Positions 37,631-45,827 of a DNA stretch of 64,000 nt are shown in pieces. How positions within the stretch are numbered: position 1 is the first letter of the stretch; the number at the start of each line of letters is the position of its first letter. The notes below the pieces were generated by a model. That model did no database searches and was not told where the DNA came from. It was given only the letters and a program-made list of their open reading frames with translations. The translations under genes and the position numbers were made by a program. The stretch comes from Bacteroidales bacterium. Lineage in GTDB: Bacteria > Bacteroidota > Bacteroidia > Bacteroidales > JAFGUD01. The stretch covers positions 15,654 through 79,653 of the forward strand of contig JAFGXO010000059.1 in the NCBI GenBank assembly GCA_016936595.1, in the 5' to 3' direction.

Positions 37631-39004
37631 TTATTTAATCCTTTTGCTGTTTTTTATTTTTTGTTGATATTGTTTTCTAACCCTTGAGCTTCCGGCAATC
37701 ATTTTCCCGAGCATATCTGATCTATATAGTTTTAGATATTTTAAAAGCACTTTAGGTTGAAATAAAATTTTATTATATGCTTTTAAAATTTGTTTGTAAT
37801 AATTGGCAACACTCATTTTACTTGGTTTAATAGAAACATGAGCTAAATCCCATTTTTCAAACTCTTCTTTTTTGATTAAAAGTTTATCTTGAGGATAAGT
37901 AAAACCTGTTTTTGGTAAAGGTGTAAGAGGCTGTAAATTAACATAATGTATTCCAATAGATTTAACAGACTTTATCATTTTTTTAAAATCATTTTTATCC
38001 CAATCCGGCGAAACAATCATTGTTGCATAACAATCAATTTTATTTTCGTTTAGCACTTGCATTGTTTTTTTATACAAATCGGCATTTGTTTTTTTATTAT
38101 ATTTTTTTAAATCCTCTTCAAAAAAACTCTCAAAACCTACAATTACAGTACGAAGTCCAATTTTTGCTAATTTTTTAATTAAATCAGGATTATTTGCAAC
38201 AAAATCCGCCCTCCCATAAACCAAATATTTTTTGTCAATTTTTTGTTCAATAGATTTTTCAATAAATAATTCAAGACGCTTTTTATCAGTCAAAAAATCA
38301 TCATCAACAATATAAATTTCTTTTTCAGGAATAGTTTTAAGCTCCTCAAAAACATCATCAAGCGACCTTTGATTATACTTTCCGGCTGTTATAACCGAAC
38401 AAAAACAAAACGAACAATTAAAAGGGCAGCCATAAGAAGTTTTAATAAGAGCAACTTTATCATGAAAAATGTAAAAATATTTGTCTCGATATTTTTCAAC
38501 CGATTTTCTTACTGCCCAAGGAACATAGAAATTAAAATCCGGCAACTTTAATAAATCTAATTTTTCATTTTTCGCTAATATTCCGGCAGGTAAATCATTT
38601 TTTTGATCAATGTGATTTAATAAATCGGTAAAAACAATTGCAGCATTACGAACAACTCTAAAATCAACAGCCTCATTTTCAAAATCTTCCGGCACAATTT
38701 CGCAATGAACACCGCCAACAATTGTTATTGTTTCAGGATTATCAGCTTTTGCAATTTTACAATAGTCGATTATTATTGAAACATTAGTAATATATCCCGT
38801 AAGGCAAACAATATCAGGTTTATGCAAATGAATAAAATATTCAAACGAACGTTCTTCAACCAACATGTCGATAATTTCTGCTTCGTCGGTTTCCCGAACA
38901 AGCCCGAACAATATTTCTAATTCCAATGGTTCAACAATCATTAAATGCTGCAAACCAATTGTTTCAGGCGATGCATGAGGGCGAATAAATAATATTTTTG
39001 ACAA
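37631..39004 (-). CDS. B12-binding domain-containing radical SAM protein (second, divergent copy)
   Basis: N-terminal ILFIRP...DIVCLTGY...TIVGGVH, then SYGCPFNCSFC. 457 aa. Confidence 0.8.
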   Translation of the reverse strand: MSKILFIRPHASPETIGLQHLMIVEPLELEILFGLVRETDEAEIIDMLVEERSFEYFIHLHKPDIVCLTGYITNVSIIIDYCKIAKADNPETITIVGGVHCEIVPEDFENEAVDFRVVRNAAIVFTDLLNHIDQKNDLPAGILAKNEKLDLLKLPDFNFYVPWAVRKSVEKYRDKYFYIFHDKVALIKTSYGCPFNCSFCFCSVITAGKYNQRSLDDVFEELKTIPEKEIYIVDDDFLTDKKRLELFIEKSIEQKIDKKYLVYGRADFVANNPDLIKKLAKIGLRTVIVGFESFFEEDLKKYNKKTNADLYKKTMQVLNENKIDCYATMIVSPDWDKNDFKKMIKSVKSIGIHYVNLQPLTPLPKTGFTYPQDKLLIKKEEFEKWDLAHVSIKPSKMSVANYYKQILKAYNKILFQPKVLLKYLKLYRSDMLGKMIAGSSRVRKQYQQKIKNSKRIK

Positions 39005-39097
39005 TTTTTTTTAATTAAAAGTTTAAAAAATTCAAAAAGTATAAAAAACAAAAAATCCTTTCTCATAAATTTATAGGATTAAAAAAAATTTAATCGT

Positions 39098-40102
39098 TTA
39101 AAATGTATTTTTCGAAAAAACATTAAAACTTTGAATTTGCCGATTATATCCCAAAGATTTTTCAGCCATTTTTATAAATTTGTTAAAAAATTTATTACTA
39201 TGTTTAGCTTGAATATATCTTTTTTCAATATGCCCACCCATTCGTAATTTGGGGATTTCAGCTGTTTGTCCAAAATCAATATATTCAACTTTTTGTTCAA
39301 TTCCTTGTTTAACAATATTGACCAAGAGCCTTAGATAAGTGCTATTTTCAGAATTAAATTTGTAATCAATTCCACCGAGAAAAAAATAGAAATAATTTTT
39401 ATATTTAGCCGTAATATTCCAACCAATTACGTTATTTTGTTTTTTACAAACAGTTAAATTAAAATTAGTTGGCAAATTTTTAAAAAACTCAAAGTTAAGT
39501 TTTTCTAATTTATCTTTACTTTTATAAAAAACTTGCAAATATTGTTCATACATTTGTTCAGTAAAATGATGACAACTGTATTCTAAAAGCTCAATATTGC
39601 TTGTATATTGGATCAAATTTAATCTTCGGCGATAATTAGCCCTAAGTTTAGCAAAATAATCGTCCCACGAGCAAAAAGTATTTTTAAGTACAATTGTAGG
39701 AAGAGTATTTCCGGTTGCCAAAAATTTTTTTTCGGGTTTATTATACAGATTTAAAAAAACAACCAAACCTTTTTCGGCATCAAAAATATAATCAGTTAGC
39801 TTTTCAACAATATTTATTTCACCAAAAATACCCTGAGCCGAAACCGACGCAGGTATTCCCACAATATTCATTTTTAATGGGCTTTTTATTCTCAGAAACG
39901 TTAAAAAATCTAACCTAATAGAGTACATAACTGCCCCACCAACAAATTCACGGTTATTAAAACACTGATAGTAACGTTGTTCGCAAGGATTGTATTTTTG
40001 AGCATGAACTAAAAATTCTTTTGTTTGGAAATAATTAGAGGTAAAGTTATCCCAATCATTATGCAAATCAAGAGCAGTATTTATTTTTTTTATTTTAAAC
40101 AT
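39098..40102 (-). CDS. FemAB-like / GNAT-superfamily acyltransferase-like protein
   Basis: 334 aa. The C-terminal YFYFFLGGIDYKF...YIDFGQTAEIPKLRMGG resembles the FemAB-like acetyltransferase family pattern. Recognised by eye only. Confidence 0.45.
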   Translation of the reverse strand: MFKIKKINTALDLHNDWDNFTSNYFQTKEFLVHAQKYNPCEQRYYQCFNNREFVGGAVMYSIRLDFLTFLRIKSPLKMNIVGIPASVSAQGIFGEINIVEKLTDYIFDAEKGLVVFLNLYNKPEKKFLATGNTLPTIVLKNTFCSWDDYFAKLRANYRRRLNLIQYTSNIELLEYSCHHFTEQMYEQYLQVFYKSKDKLEKLNFEFFKNLPTNFNLTVCKKQNNVIGWNITAKYKNYFYFFLGGIDYKFNSENSTYLRLLVNIVKQGIEQKVEYIDFGQTAEIPKLRMGGHIEKRYIQAKHSNKFFNKFIKMAEKSLGYNRQIQSFNVFSKNTF

Positions 40103-40177
40103 TGCTGAATTTTTCGAGTTTTTCGAGTAACAAGTTACTCTAAAAATTCGATAACTTACAACTCGACAACTTATTAA

Positions 40178-41263
40178 CTACAAATCATCTTCAAAAACGG
40201 CAAATTGCCTGTATGGTTGTGGTTTTTTACCATAAACCCGTTGTAAAATTCGAGAAACAAAAGCGATAGAAGCTCTGTTTTCTTCAAAAATAAAACCACC
40301 TTCGCAAAACTGATATTTTTTTTGAATTAATTTTGATAATGATTTGCTTATTAGAGCTAATGCAACCGGACTACGCTGAAATTGGGGAATTACACCAATT
40401 TGAGTAAACCTAAAAGTATTAATTTTATTGGTTAAGCGATATTTTAAAACATCAAAAACATTTAATTCTCTATGATTATCAACAATTTGATTAAAATCAG
40501 GATACCATAGATAAAAACCAACAGGAGTACCATTAATTTCGGCTATAATAAGATGCTCATTATCAAGCAAAAATCTAAACGGATAAAATAATTCCTGATC
40601 CTCTTCAATATCTCTGTCAGCCCAATAAACGTGTTTTACAAAAGACAAATTATTAAGCTTAGTATATATTGCACTTTCTTTATTAATATCTCCTTTATTC
40701 ATAAACCGAACATGTAAACTATCTAACTTACGATCAGGATTATACATCTTAGCCCATTCGTGGTAAGCATCCATCGAAAATTTAAAAGTGTACATTTTTC
40801 TTTGTAGCAAATTTTTAAAATAATTCGAATAATAAGGCGGATTATACGACAAGCCAAATAATGGAACTTCATCAAACTTATTTTGCAAAATCCCTGCTCC
40901 GTAATTTATATGTCCGTTTAGCCCAACAACAATCTTAGAACATTCGGGGATATAATTTTTTGCCGTTTTTTTTATCAACGGATAAATATCGCCTAAACCT
41001 TCGTGTGCTTCAAAAAAAGAAACCTGTATATAATCTAACAAACGATAATCATTTATTAAAGCAAATTTTCCTACAATATCATTTCCATCTCTCATTAGGT
41101 ACATTCTTGAAGTAGAATGATTCTTAAAAGAAGATTTATCTAGCAGGAGCATTTTTTCTATACCTGCCTCGGTTCCTCTATAAAATTTATTGTTTTTATA
41201 AACTGAATTATTAACACTTATAAAAGTATTAAATGCCGATTTATCAATTCTTTCAATTTTCAA
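40178..41263 (-). CDS. Uncharacterised protein with a C-terminal GNAT-like fold
   Basis: 361 aa. ...IAEINGTPVGFYLWYP...FTQIGVIPQFQRSPVALALI resembles GNAT beta4-alpha3 (motif A region). Confidence 0.35.
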   Translation of the reverse strand: MKIERIDKSAFNTFISVNNSVYKNNKFYRGTEAGIEKMLLLDKSSFKNHSTSRMYLMRDGNDIVGKFALINDYRLLDYIQVSFFEAHEGLGDIYPLIKKTAKNYIPECSKIVVGLNGHINYGAGILQNKFDEVPLFGLSYNPPYYSNYFKNLLQRKMYTFKFSMDAYHEWAKMYNPDRKLDSLHVRFMNKGDINKESAIYTKLNNLSFVKHVYWADRDIEEDQELFYPFRFLLDNEHLIIAEINGTPVGFYLWYPDFNQIVDNHRELNVFDVLKYRLTNKINTFRFTQIGVIPQFQRSPVALALISKSLSKLIQKKYQFCEGGFIFEENRASIAFVSRILQRVYGKKPQPYRQFAVFEDDL

Positions 41264-41328
41264 TTTAGCAATATGAATTAATGTTTTTAAAAAATATTGA
41301 GTTGATATTTTCAGGTTACAGAAAAAAT

Positions 41329-41997
41329 CTATTTATAAATATTCTTTTTGAGAACTAAGCCATGTTTTTTAACATCGCCAATAATTTCCTCATCAGGAGG
41401 CCAATAAACTACACCATTAGGTTCATTATAAGAATAATAAATTGCATTATGATGTCCATTATTTTCAAAAACTGTATTTTTAATTTTCAAATTAGGACCT
41501 TGATAAATAATTGAATACTGACTATTTTTATGAATATAACAATTTTTGACTTGCATTTTATTACAATTATAAGAGGCTATCCCAACAATTCCACAACCAT
41601 TTAAATCACAATTATCAAAAACAGCAGAAGAACAATTTTGAATATAAACAACATTACCGGTGCAGCCTATAGGCCCCTGAGGCTCAACATGAGTTGCTTT
41701 TATATTTTTAACAGTAACACCATCGCAATCAAGTATATTAAAGACGTTTTCGGAAGTAGAACTTAAAACAAATGTAGCACCTTGACCATCAATGGTTATA
41801 TTATTTAAACCTGATATAACAATTGGTTCAGAAGTGGTATAAATTTTATTTTCAAGAGTGATAACACAATCAGAACCTGCATTTAAAAGAGCATCTTGCA
41901 ATTGTTCAATACTTGCAACATTTTGTGCATCAGAATAAAATGGATATACTATAAAATTTAGAACAAAAAAAGTCCAAAACAGCAAAGTATGTTTCAT
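41329..41997 (-). CDS. Secreted right-handed parallel beta-helix repeat protein
   Basis: Signal peptide ending SDAQN. Repeated coils: ITIDGQGATFVL, VTVKNIKATH, VYIQNCSSAVFDNCDLNGCGIVGI, MQVKNCYIHKNSQYSI. Confidence 0.6.
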   Translation of the reverse strand: MKHTLLFWTFFVLNFIVYPFYSDAQNVASIEQLQDALLNAGSDCVITLENKIYTTSEPIVISGLNNITIDGQGATFVLSSTSENVFNILDCDGVTVKNIKATHVEPQGPIGCTGNVVYIQNCSSAVFDNCDLNGCGIVGIASYNCNKMQVKNCYIHKNSQYSIIYQGPNLKIKNTVFENNGHHNAIYYSYNEPNGVVYWPPDEEIIGDVKKHGLVLKKNIYK

Positions 41998-42015
41998 AAT
42001 TGTAGAATTTTAAAA

Positions 42016-43161
42016 TTAAAAAAAAATTTCCTGAGGTTTCATAAACCCTAAAAACTCAGTATAAGAAGAAGCAGAATATGAGCCACCATTACCAAAAACA
42101 ACTACATCACCAATTTTAAGTTCAGGCAAATTCCTATTAGCACAAAATATATCACGAGAATAAGTTGAAGAACCAAAAATTGTTGTTAAATATTTTTTAT
42201 CAGAGTTAAGAATTTCCTCATTTCTGATTATTAAAGCAGGATGGTTTGCAGTATCGGGATAAAGTAATGGTCTGGAAAATTGAGTTGTTGAAGCATTTAA
42301 GCCTGCTAAAATTTGATTGTCGCGTTTTTTAATATCTGTAATGTAAGCAACAAAATGACCGGCAATTCCGCCAATAATTCTACCGGGTTCCAATATCAAT
42401 TTAAGGTTTTTTTTGTGCATTTCAGACGCTTTTTGCATAAGTTCTGAAACTTTTAAGCCATAAGTATATACATCAAAGTTTGTTTCACCATCTTCCGAAA
42501 CACCAAAGCCTCCACCAAAATTTAAGTATTCGATGTTTGGAAACAAAAATGAAAGTTCAATAAGCTCATTATAGCAAGCCAAAAAATATTCAAGATCAAA
42601 AATATCGGTACCGGCATACAAATGTAAACCTTTGATAATATGCTTATTATCCATATTCTTAAGTTCATCAACTGTAAAACCCAGCCGACTTTGTTTACCA
42701 ATAAAAAAACCTGCACGAGTAGAATAAGGCTCAACTTTATCACCGATATTACACCTAATACCAACCTTTTGGTCGGAGTAAAGTTTTTGCCATATATCAA
42801 ATTGACGAGGTGAATCGAGATTTAATTGAGCACCGGCAGAATGAATTTTCCGCATAGTTTTTTCAGATAAAGCCGATGAAGTAAAAATAATTTGTTCATC
42901 TGTAAAACCAGCTTTCTGAACAGCCTCCATGTGTATCAATGAATTAACAAAAACATTTATTTTTTCTTCGTTCACTATTTTCAAAAATTCATTATTAATG
43001 TTTGCCATAGTAGCAAAATGTATTGCTTTATTTTTATACGGAATATCGTGAAACACCCGACAATTTTGTCTAATTTTTTGAGATTCGTATATATAAAACG
43101 GATCAAATTCGCCCTTAGCAAGCAAATTTATTTTGGAAAGCAAATTAGGATTAATCTTCAT
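42016..43161 (-). CDS. Orn/DAP/Arg decarboxylase (fold-type III PLP) homolog with substituted catalytic residues
   Basis: Retains FGGGFG, LEPGR and the GSYSASSY (GAY-like) motifs. It has FATMAN where the family has YAxKAN (Met52 codon at 43006-43008). It also has LHLYAGT in place of HxGS, and GSSTYSRD in place of CESGD. Confidence 0.7.
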   Translation of the reverse strand: MKINPNLLSKINLLAKGEFDPFYIYESQKIRQNCRVFHDIPYKNKAIHFATMANINNEFLKIVNEEKINVFVNSLIHMEAVQKAGFTDEQIIFTSSALSEKTMRKIHSAGAQLNLDSPRQFDIWQKLYSDQKVGIRCNIGDKVEPYSTRAGFFIGKQSRLGFTVDELKNMDNKHIIKGLHLYAGTDIFDLEYFLACYNELIELSFLFPNIEYLNFGGGFGVSEDGETNFDVYTYGLKVSELMQKASEMHKKNLKLILEPGRIIGGIAGHFVAYITDIKKRDNQILAGLNASTTQFSRPLLYPDTANHPALIIRNEEILNSDKKYLTTIFGSSTYSRDIFCANRNLPELKIGDVVVFGNGGSYSASSYTEFLGFMKPQEIFF

Positions 43162-43184
43162 TCTTAATTTTTAATGATAAAGAA

Positions 43185-43192
43185 CAAAGTTA
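43185..43192 (-). promoter_or_regulatory. -7 box TAACTTTG (minus strand) for the 43161 cluster
   Basis: The reverse complement of CAAAGTTA matches TAnnTTTG, 24 nt upstream of the ATG at 43161. Confidence 0.4.
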
Positions 43193-43284
43193 AAAATTTT
43201 AATATTAAAACGATAAAAATATTTATTGCAAGGGGAAAAATAAACTTAATGAAATATAAATCAAACAAATATAGTGATAAAAAA

Positions 43285-43356
43285 TAGCCCCAACAGGAAT
43301 CGAACCTGTATTTAAAGTTTAGGAAACTTCCGTTCTATCCGTTGAACTATGGGGCC
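43285..43356 (-). tRNA. tRNA-Arg (anticodon CCU)
   Basis: The reverse complement folds as a cloverleaf. Acceptor GGCCCCA/TGGGGCT (G1:U72), D stem GTTC/GAAC, anticodon loop TTCCTAA, T arm ACAGG-TTCGATT-CCTGT. CCA is not encoded. Confidence 0.85.
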
Positions 43357-43398
43357 AAAAAAAAGCATTATAAGCACTATCATAATTAAGATGAGCTT

Positions 43399-43426
43399 AA
43401 AAAAAAAGCCCAAACTAAGTTGGGCT
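43399..43426 (-). terminator. Intrinsic terminator directly after tRNA-Asn
   Basis: On the minus strand: AGCCCAA-cttagt-TTGGGCT followed by T9. Confidence 0.6.
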
Positions 43427-43428
43427 TG

Positions 43429-43502
43429 CTCTCCAGGTTGGACTTGAACCAACGACACCCGGATTAACAGTCCGGTGCTCTAACCAACTGAGCTACTAGA
43501 GA
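43429..43502 (-). tRNA. tRNA-Asn (anticodon GUU)
   Basis: Reverse complement: TCTCTAG TA GCTC AGTTGGTTA GAGC A CCGGA CTGTTAA TCCGG GTGTC GTTGG TTCAAGT CCAAC CTGGAGA G. 74 nt. Confidence 0.9.
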
Positions 43503-43532
43503 AGACTTTTGTTTTTCATTAAAAAAGCGATG

Positions 43533-43540
43533 CAAAGATA
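43533..43540 (-). promoter_or_regulatory. -7 box TATCTTTG (minus strand) upstream of tRNA-Asn
   Basis: Matches TAnnTTTG, 31 nt upstream of the mature tRNA 5' end. Confidence 0.35.
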
Positions 43541-43610
43541 AAAGCTTTTTTTTAATCAACAAATTTTTTTTGAAAAATTTTTAAAAAGTTTTTTTATTAA
43601 CTCAAATTTA

Positions 43611-43618
43611 TAAATTTG
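43611..43618 (+). promoter_or_regulatory. -7 box TAAATTTG upstream of the PfkB kinase gene
   Basis: Matches TAnnTTTG, 11 nt before the ATG at 43629. This implies a very short leader. Confidence 0.35.
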
Positions 43619-43628
43619 CAGAAAAAAA

Positions 43629-44561
43629 ATGAATACTTTACTGACTGTTGGAAGTGTAGCTTTTGATCAAATAGAAACACCATGGGGAAATTCTGACATC
43701 ATTTTAGGAGGTGCCGGAACCTATATTTCGCTTGCAGCCTCAAACTTTAATATTAAAAGCAATTTAGTTTCGGTTGTTGGGGGCGATTTTACCGAAAATT
43801 ATCTTGATGTGCTACGTAATCACAATGTTGATATCACAGGTATTGAAAAGAAAAAAGACGAAAAGACTTTTTTTTGGCACGGCAGATATCATAAAAACAT
43901 GAACGAACGCGACTCTATTGCAACTGAATTAAATTCATTAGGATCATTTGAACCGGTTGTTCCTACCAGCTATCAAAACGCAGATATTTTAATGCTTGGA
44001 AATTTAACACCAGTAGTTCAACGTAAAGTAATTGAACAATTAAATAATCGGCCTAATTTAATTGTAATGGATACAATGAATTTTTGGATGAACACTATGC
44101 TTGACGAATTACATCGCACAATATCAATGGTAGATGTATTAACAGTAAACGACGAAGAAGCACGACAACTTTCAGGGGAATTTTTTCTTCCGGTAGCAGC
44201 AAAAAAAATCATAAAAATGGGGCCCAGAATAGTTATCATAAAAAAAGGAGAACATGGGGCACTAATATTTAACAAAGATGATGTGTTTTTTGCGCCGGCT
44301 TTACCACTGTCAAAAGTTGCCGACCCAACAGGAGCAGGCGATTCATTTGCCGGTGGATTTGTGGGATATTTAGCTCAAACAAACGATTACTCTTTTGAAA
44401 ACATGAAAAATGCCGTAATTGTGGGTTCTGCAGTTGCTTCGCTTTCTGTTCAGGAATTTGGAACTAAAAAATTACAAGACTTACCTAAAGAAGAATTAAA
44501 TGCTCGTATAGATATTTTCAGAAAACTCACTGCGTTTAATTTACCAAAAAATATTTTTTAA
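43629..44561 (+). CDS. PfkB-family carbohydrate/nucleoside kinase
   Basis: 310 aa with the C-terminal ATP/anion-hole motif DPTGAGDSFAGGFVGYL. Confidence 0.8.
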   Translation: MNTLLTVGSVAFDQIETPWGNSDIILGGAGTYISLAASNFNIKSNLVSVVGGDFTENYLDVLRNHNVDITGIEKKKDEKTFFWHGRYHKNMNERDSIATELNSLGSFEPVVPTSYQNADILMLGNLTPVVQRKVIEQLNNRPNLIVMDTMNFWMNTMLDELHRTISMVDVLTVNDEEARQLSGEFFLPVAAKKIIKMGPRIVIIKKGEHGALIFNKDDVFFAPALPLSKVADPTGAGDSFAGGFVGYLAQTNDYSFENMKNAVIVGSAVASLSVQEFGTKKLQDLPKEELNARIDIFRKLTAFNLPKNIF

Positions 44562-44567
44562 ATCTTT

Positions 44568-44596
44568 AAAGCCGTTTTTTTTTAAGCGGCTTTTTT
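44568..44596. terminator. Bidirectional hairpin between convergent genes
   Basis: AAAGCCG-tttttttttaa-GCGGCTTT followed by TTTATTT. It sits between the stops at 44561 (+) and 44595 (-). Confidence 0.45.
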
Positions 44597-44837
44597 ATTT
44601 CTTTAAAAAAATTTGTTGCAATTCTCTAATTGCTTGAGCTTTTGTAAGATTACTTCTGAGTTTTGCTTCAGGTAAATGTTCCTCACAAAACCACTCTAAA
44701 CCGGCAGGATGACCAACAAAACCGGGTTGTTCAAAACTTTTATTATATTCTTTTTCCTGTTCAGTTAATGAAAAATGCACTAACCCTCCTCTACTACTAA
44801 AGCTTTTATGGCAAATTGCACAAATTGGTGGTCTCAT
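44595..44837 (-). CDS. Small hypothetical protein with a CxxC...CxxH putative zinc site
   Basis: 80 aa: MRPPICAICHKSF...LEWFCEEHLPEAK. No family recognised. Confidence 0.4.
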   Translation of the reverse strand: MRPPICAICHKSFSSRGGLVHFSLTEQEKEYNKSFEQPGFVGHPAGLEWFCEEHLPEAKLRSNLTKAQAIRELQQIFLKK

Positions 44838-44878
44838 ACTAAAAAAATTAAAACGTTATATAACTCACATAAAACAAC

Positions 44879-45271
44879 TTATCCTGTAATACTTAATCTT
44901 AAGATTAAAAACAATGCTCCTAAAACAAGACCGGAGAGACAGCCCCAAATTGCTTTTTTAAAAGCCTTTTTATTGCCATTTGTTGCAAAATAAGTTATTC
45001 CAACAACAACAATTCCGGCGGCAAAGCCATAAATTGAATAAACACCTATGGCTGCAATAATAAAAGCAATCCAAAAAGCACCCCATTTATCACCCCTAGC
45101 TGTTTCAAAAAAAGAATTTACCGGCATTAAAATTTGTTCGTGATTATTATCATTAGCTGAAACCGTCGAATTTATTGTAGATGATTGGATTTCTAAAGTT
45201 CGATCATTTTTTGCCCCAAATGCAAAAATCACAAAAAAAACAAAAACAGAAAAAAGCAATAATTGTTTCAT
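44879..45271 (-). CDS. Hypothetical membrane protein
   Basis: ATG at 45271 gives MKQLLLFSVFVFFVIFAFGAK (signal/TM). There are two C-terminal TM helices (WGAFWIAFIIAAIGVY..., AIWGCLSGLVLGALFLIL). The longer track start overlaps the upstream gene. Confidence 0.5.
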   Translation of the reverse strand: MKQLLLFSVFVFFVIFAFGAKNDRTLEIQSSTINSTVSANDNNHEQILMPVNSFFETARGDKWGAFWIAFIIAAIGVYSIYGFAAGIVVVGITYFATNGNKKAFKKAIWGCLSGLVLGALFLILRLSITG

Positions 45272-45290
45272 TATCAAAGTGTTTAAAAAA

Positions 45291-45827
45291 TTAATTTTTA
45301 TTAAATTCAATAATATCAATAATTTGAGTTTTTACATTACTCAAAATATTATAGGTTCTTTTTGTAGGATAAAAAACGTGTTTTGAACCGTTGTAATATG
45401 CCCAGAACTCAGGATCAGAAGAAGTTATTTTTACAAGTCCATCGTATTCTATCACAGAAGAATATCTGATTTGATATATAGTTTTTCGCAAATCAATAAA
45501 AAGTCGATCAGGGTTTTTGAGTTTAATTTTTTGATTGTTAACAACAAAAAAAGAAGAATCAATTTGTTTAACAACTTCGGGAGAATAAATAGAATAATTT
45601 GTTGTAACCAAAGAGGTATTGCTTGAACTATCCCTAAAAGTAAAATCTACTCTAAAAATATTATCATCACCTTTAAAATCAATAGGTTTTATAAAATACT
45701 GGAGTACATCTTGCTCCATATAAAAAACCTCATAAAATTGTTTCGGGCTTTTTTTACCCTTAAATTTTACACCAATACATGAAGAAAACAAGAACATGCA
45801 GGCAAATAATAAATATTTTATTTTCAT
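45291..45827 (-). CDS. Hypothetical lipoprotein
   Basis: Lipobox LFSSCIG. 178 aa. There is a 4-nt overlap (45824-45827) between its start codon and the stop of the upstream gene. Confidence 0.5.
   Translation of the reverse strand: MKIKYLLFACMFLFSSCIGVKFKGKKSPKQFYEVFYMEQDVLQYFIKPIDFKGDDNIFRVDFTFRDSSSNTSLVTTNYSIYSPEVVKQIDSSFFVVNNQKIKLKNPDRLFIDLRKTIYQIRYSSVIEYDGLVKITSSDPEFWAYYNGSKHVFYPTKRTYNILSNVKTQIIDIIEFNKN

Noticed and set aside
36234-43356. Radical SAM cluster as a tRNA-integrated genomic island
   Set aside because: The cluster lies just downstream of the tRNA-Arg 3' end. However, I found no integrase, recombinase or transposase gene. I found no direct repeat of the tRNA 3' segment (TAGCCCCAACAGGAATCGAACC) near 36.2 kb, and no visible compositional break relative to the flanking genes.
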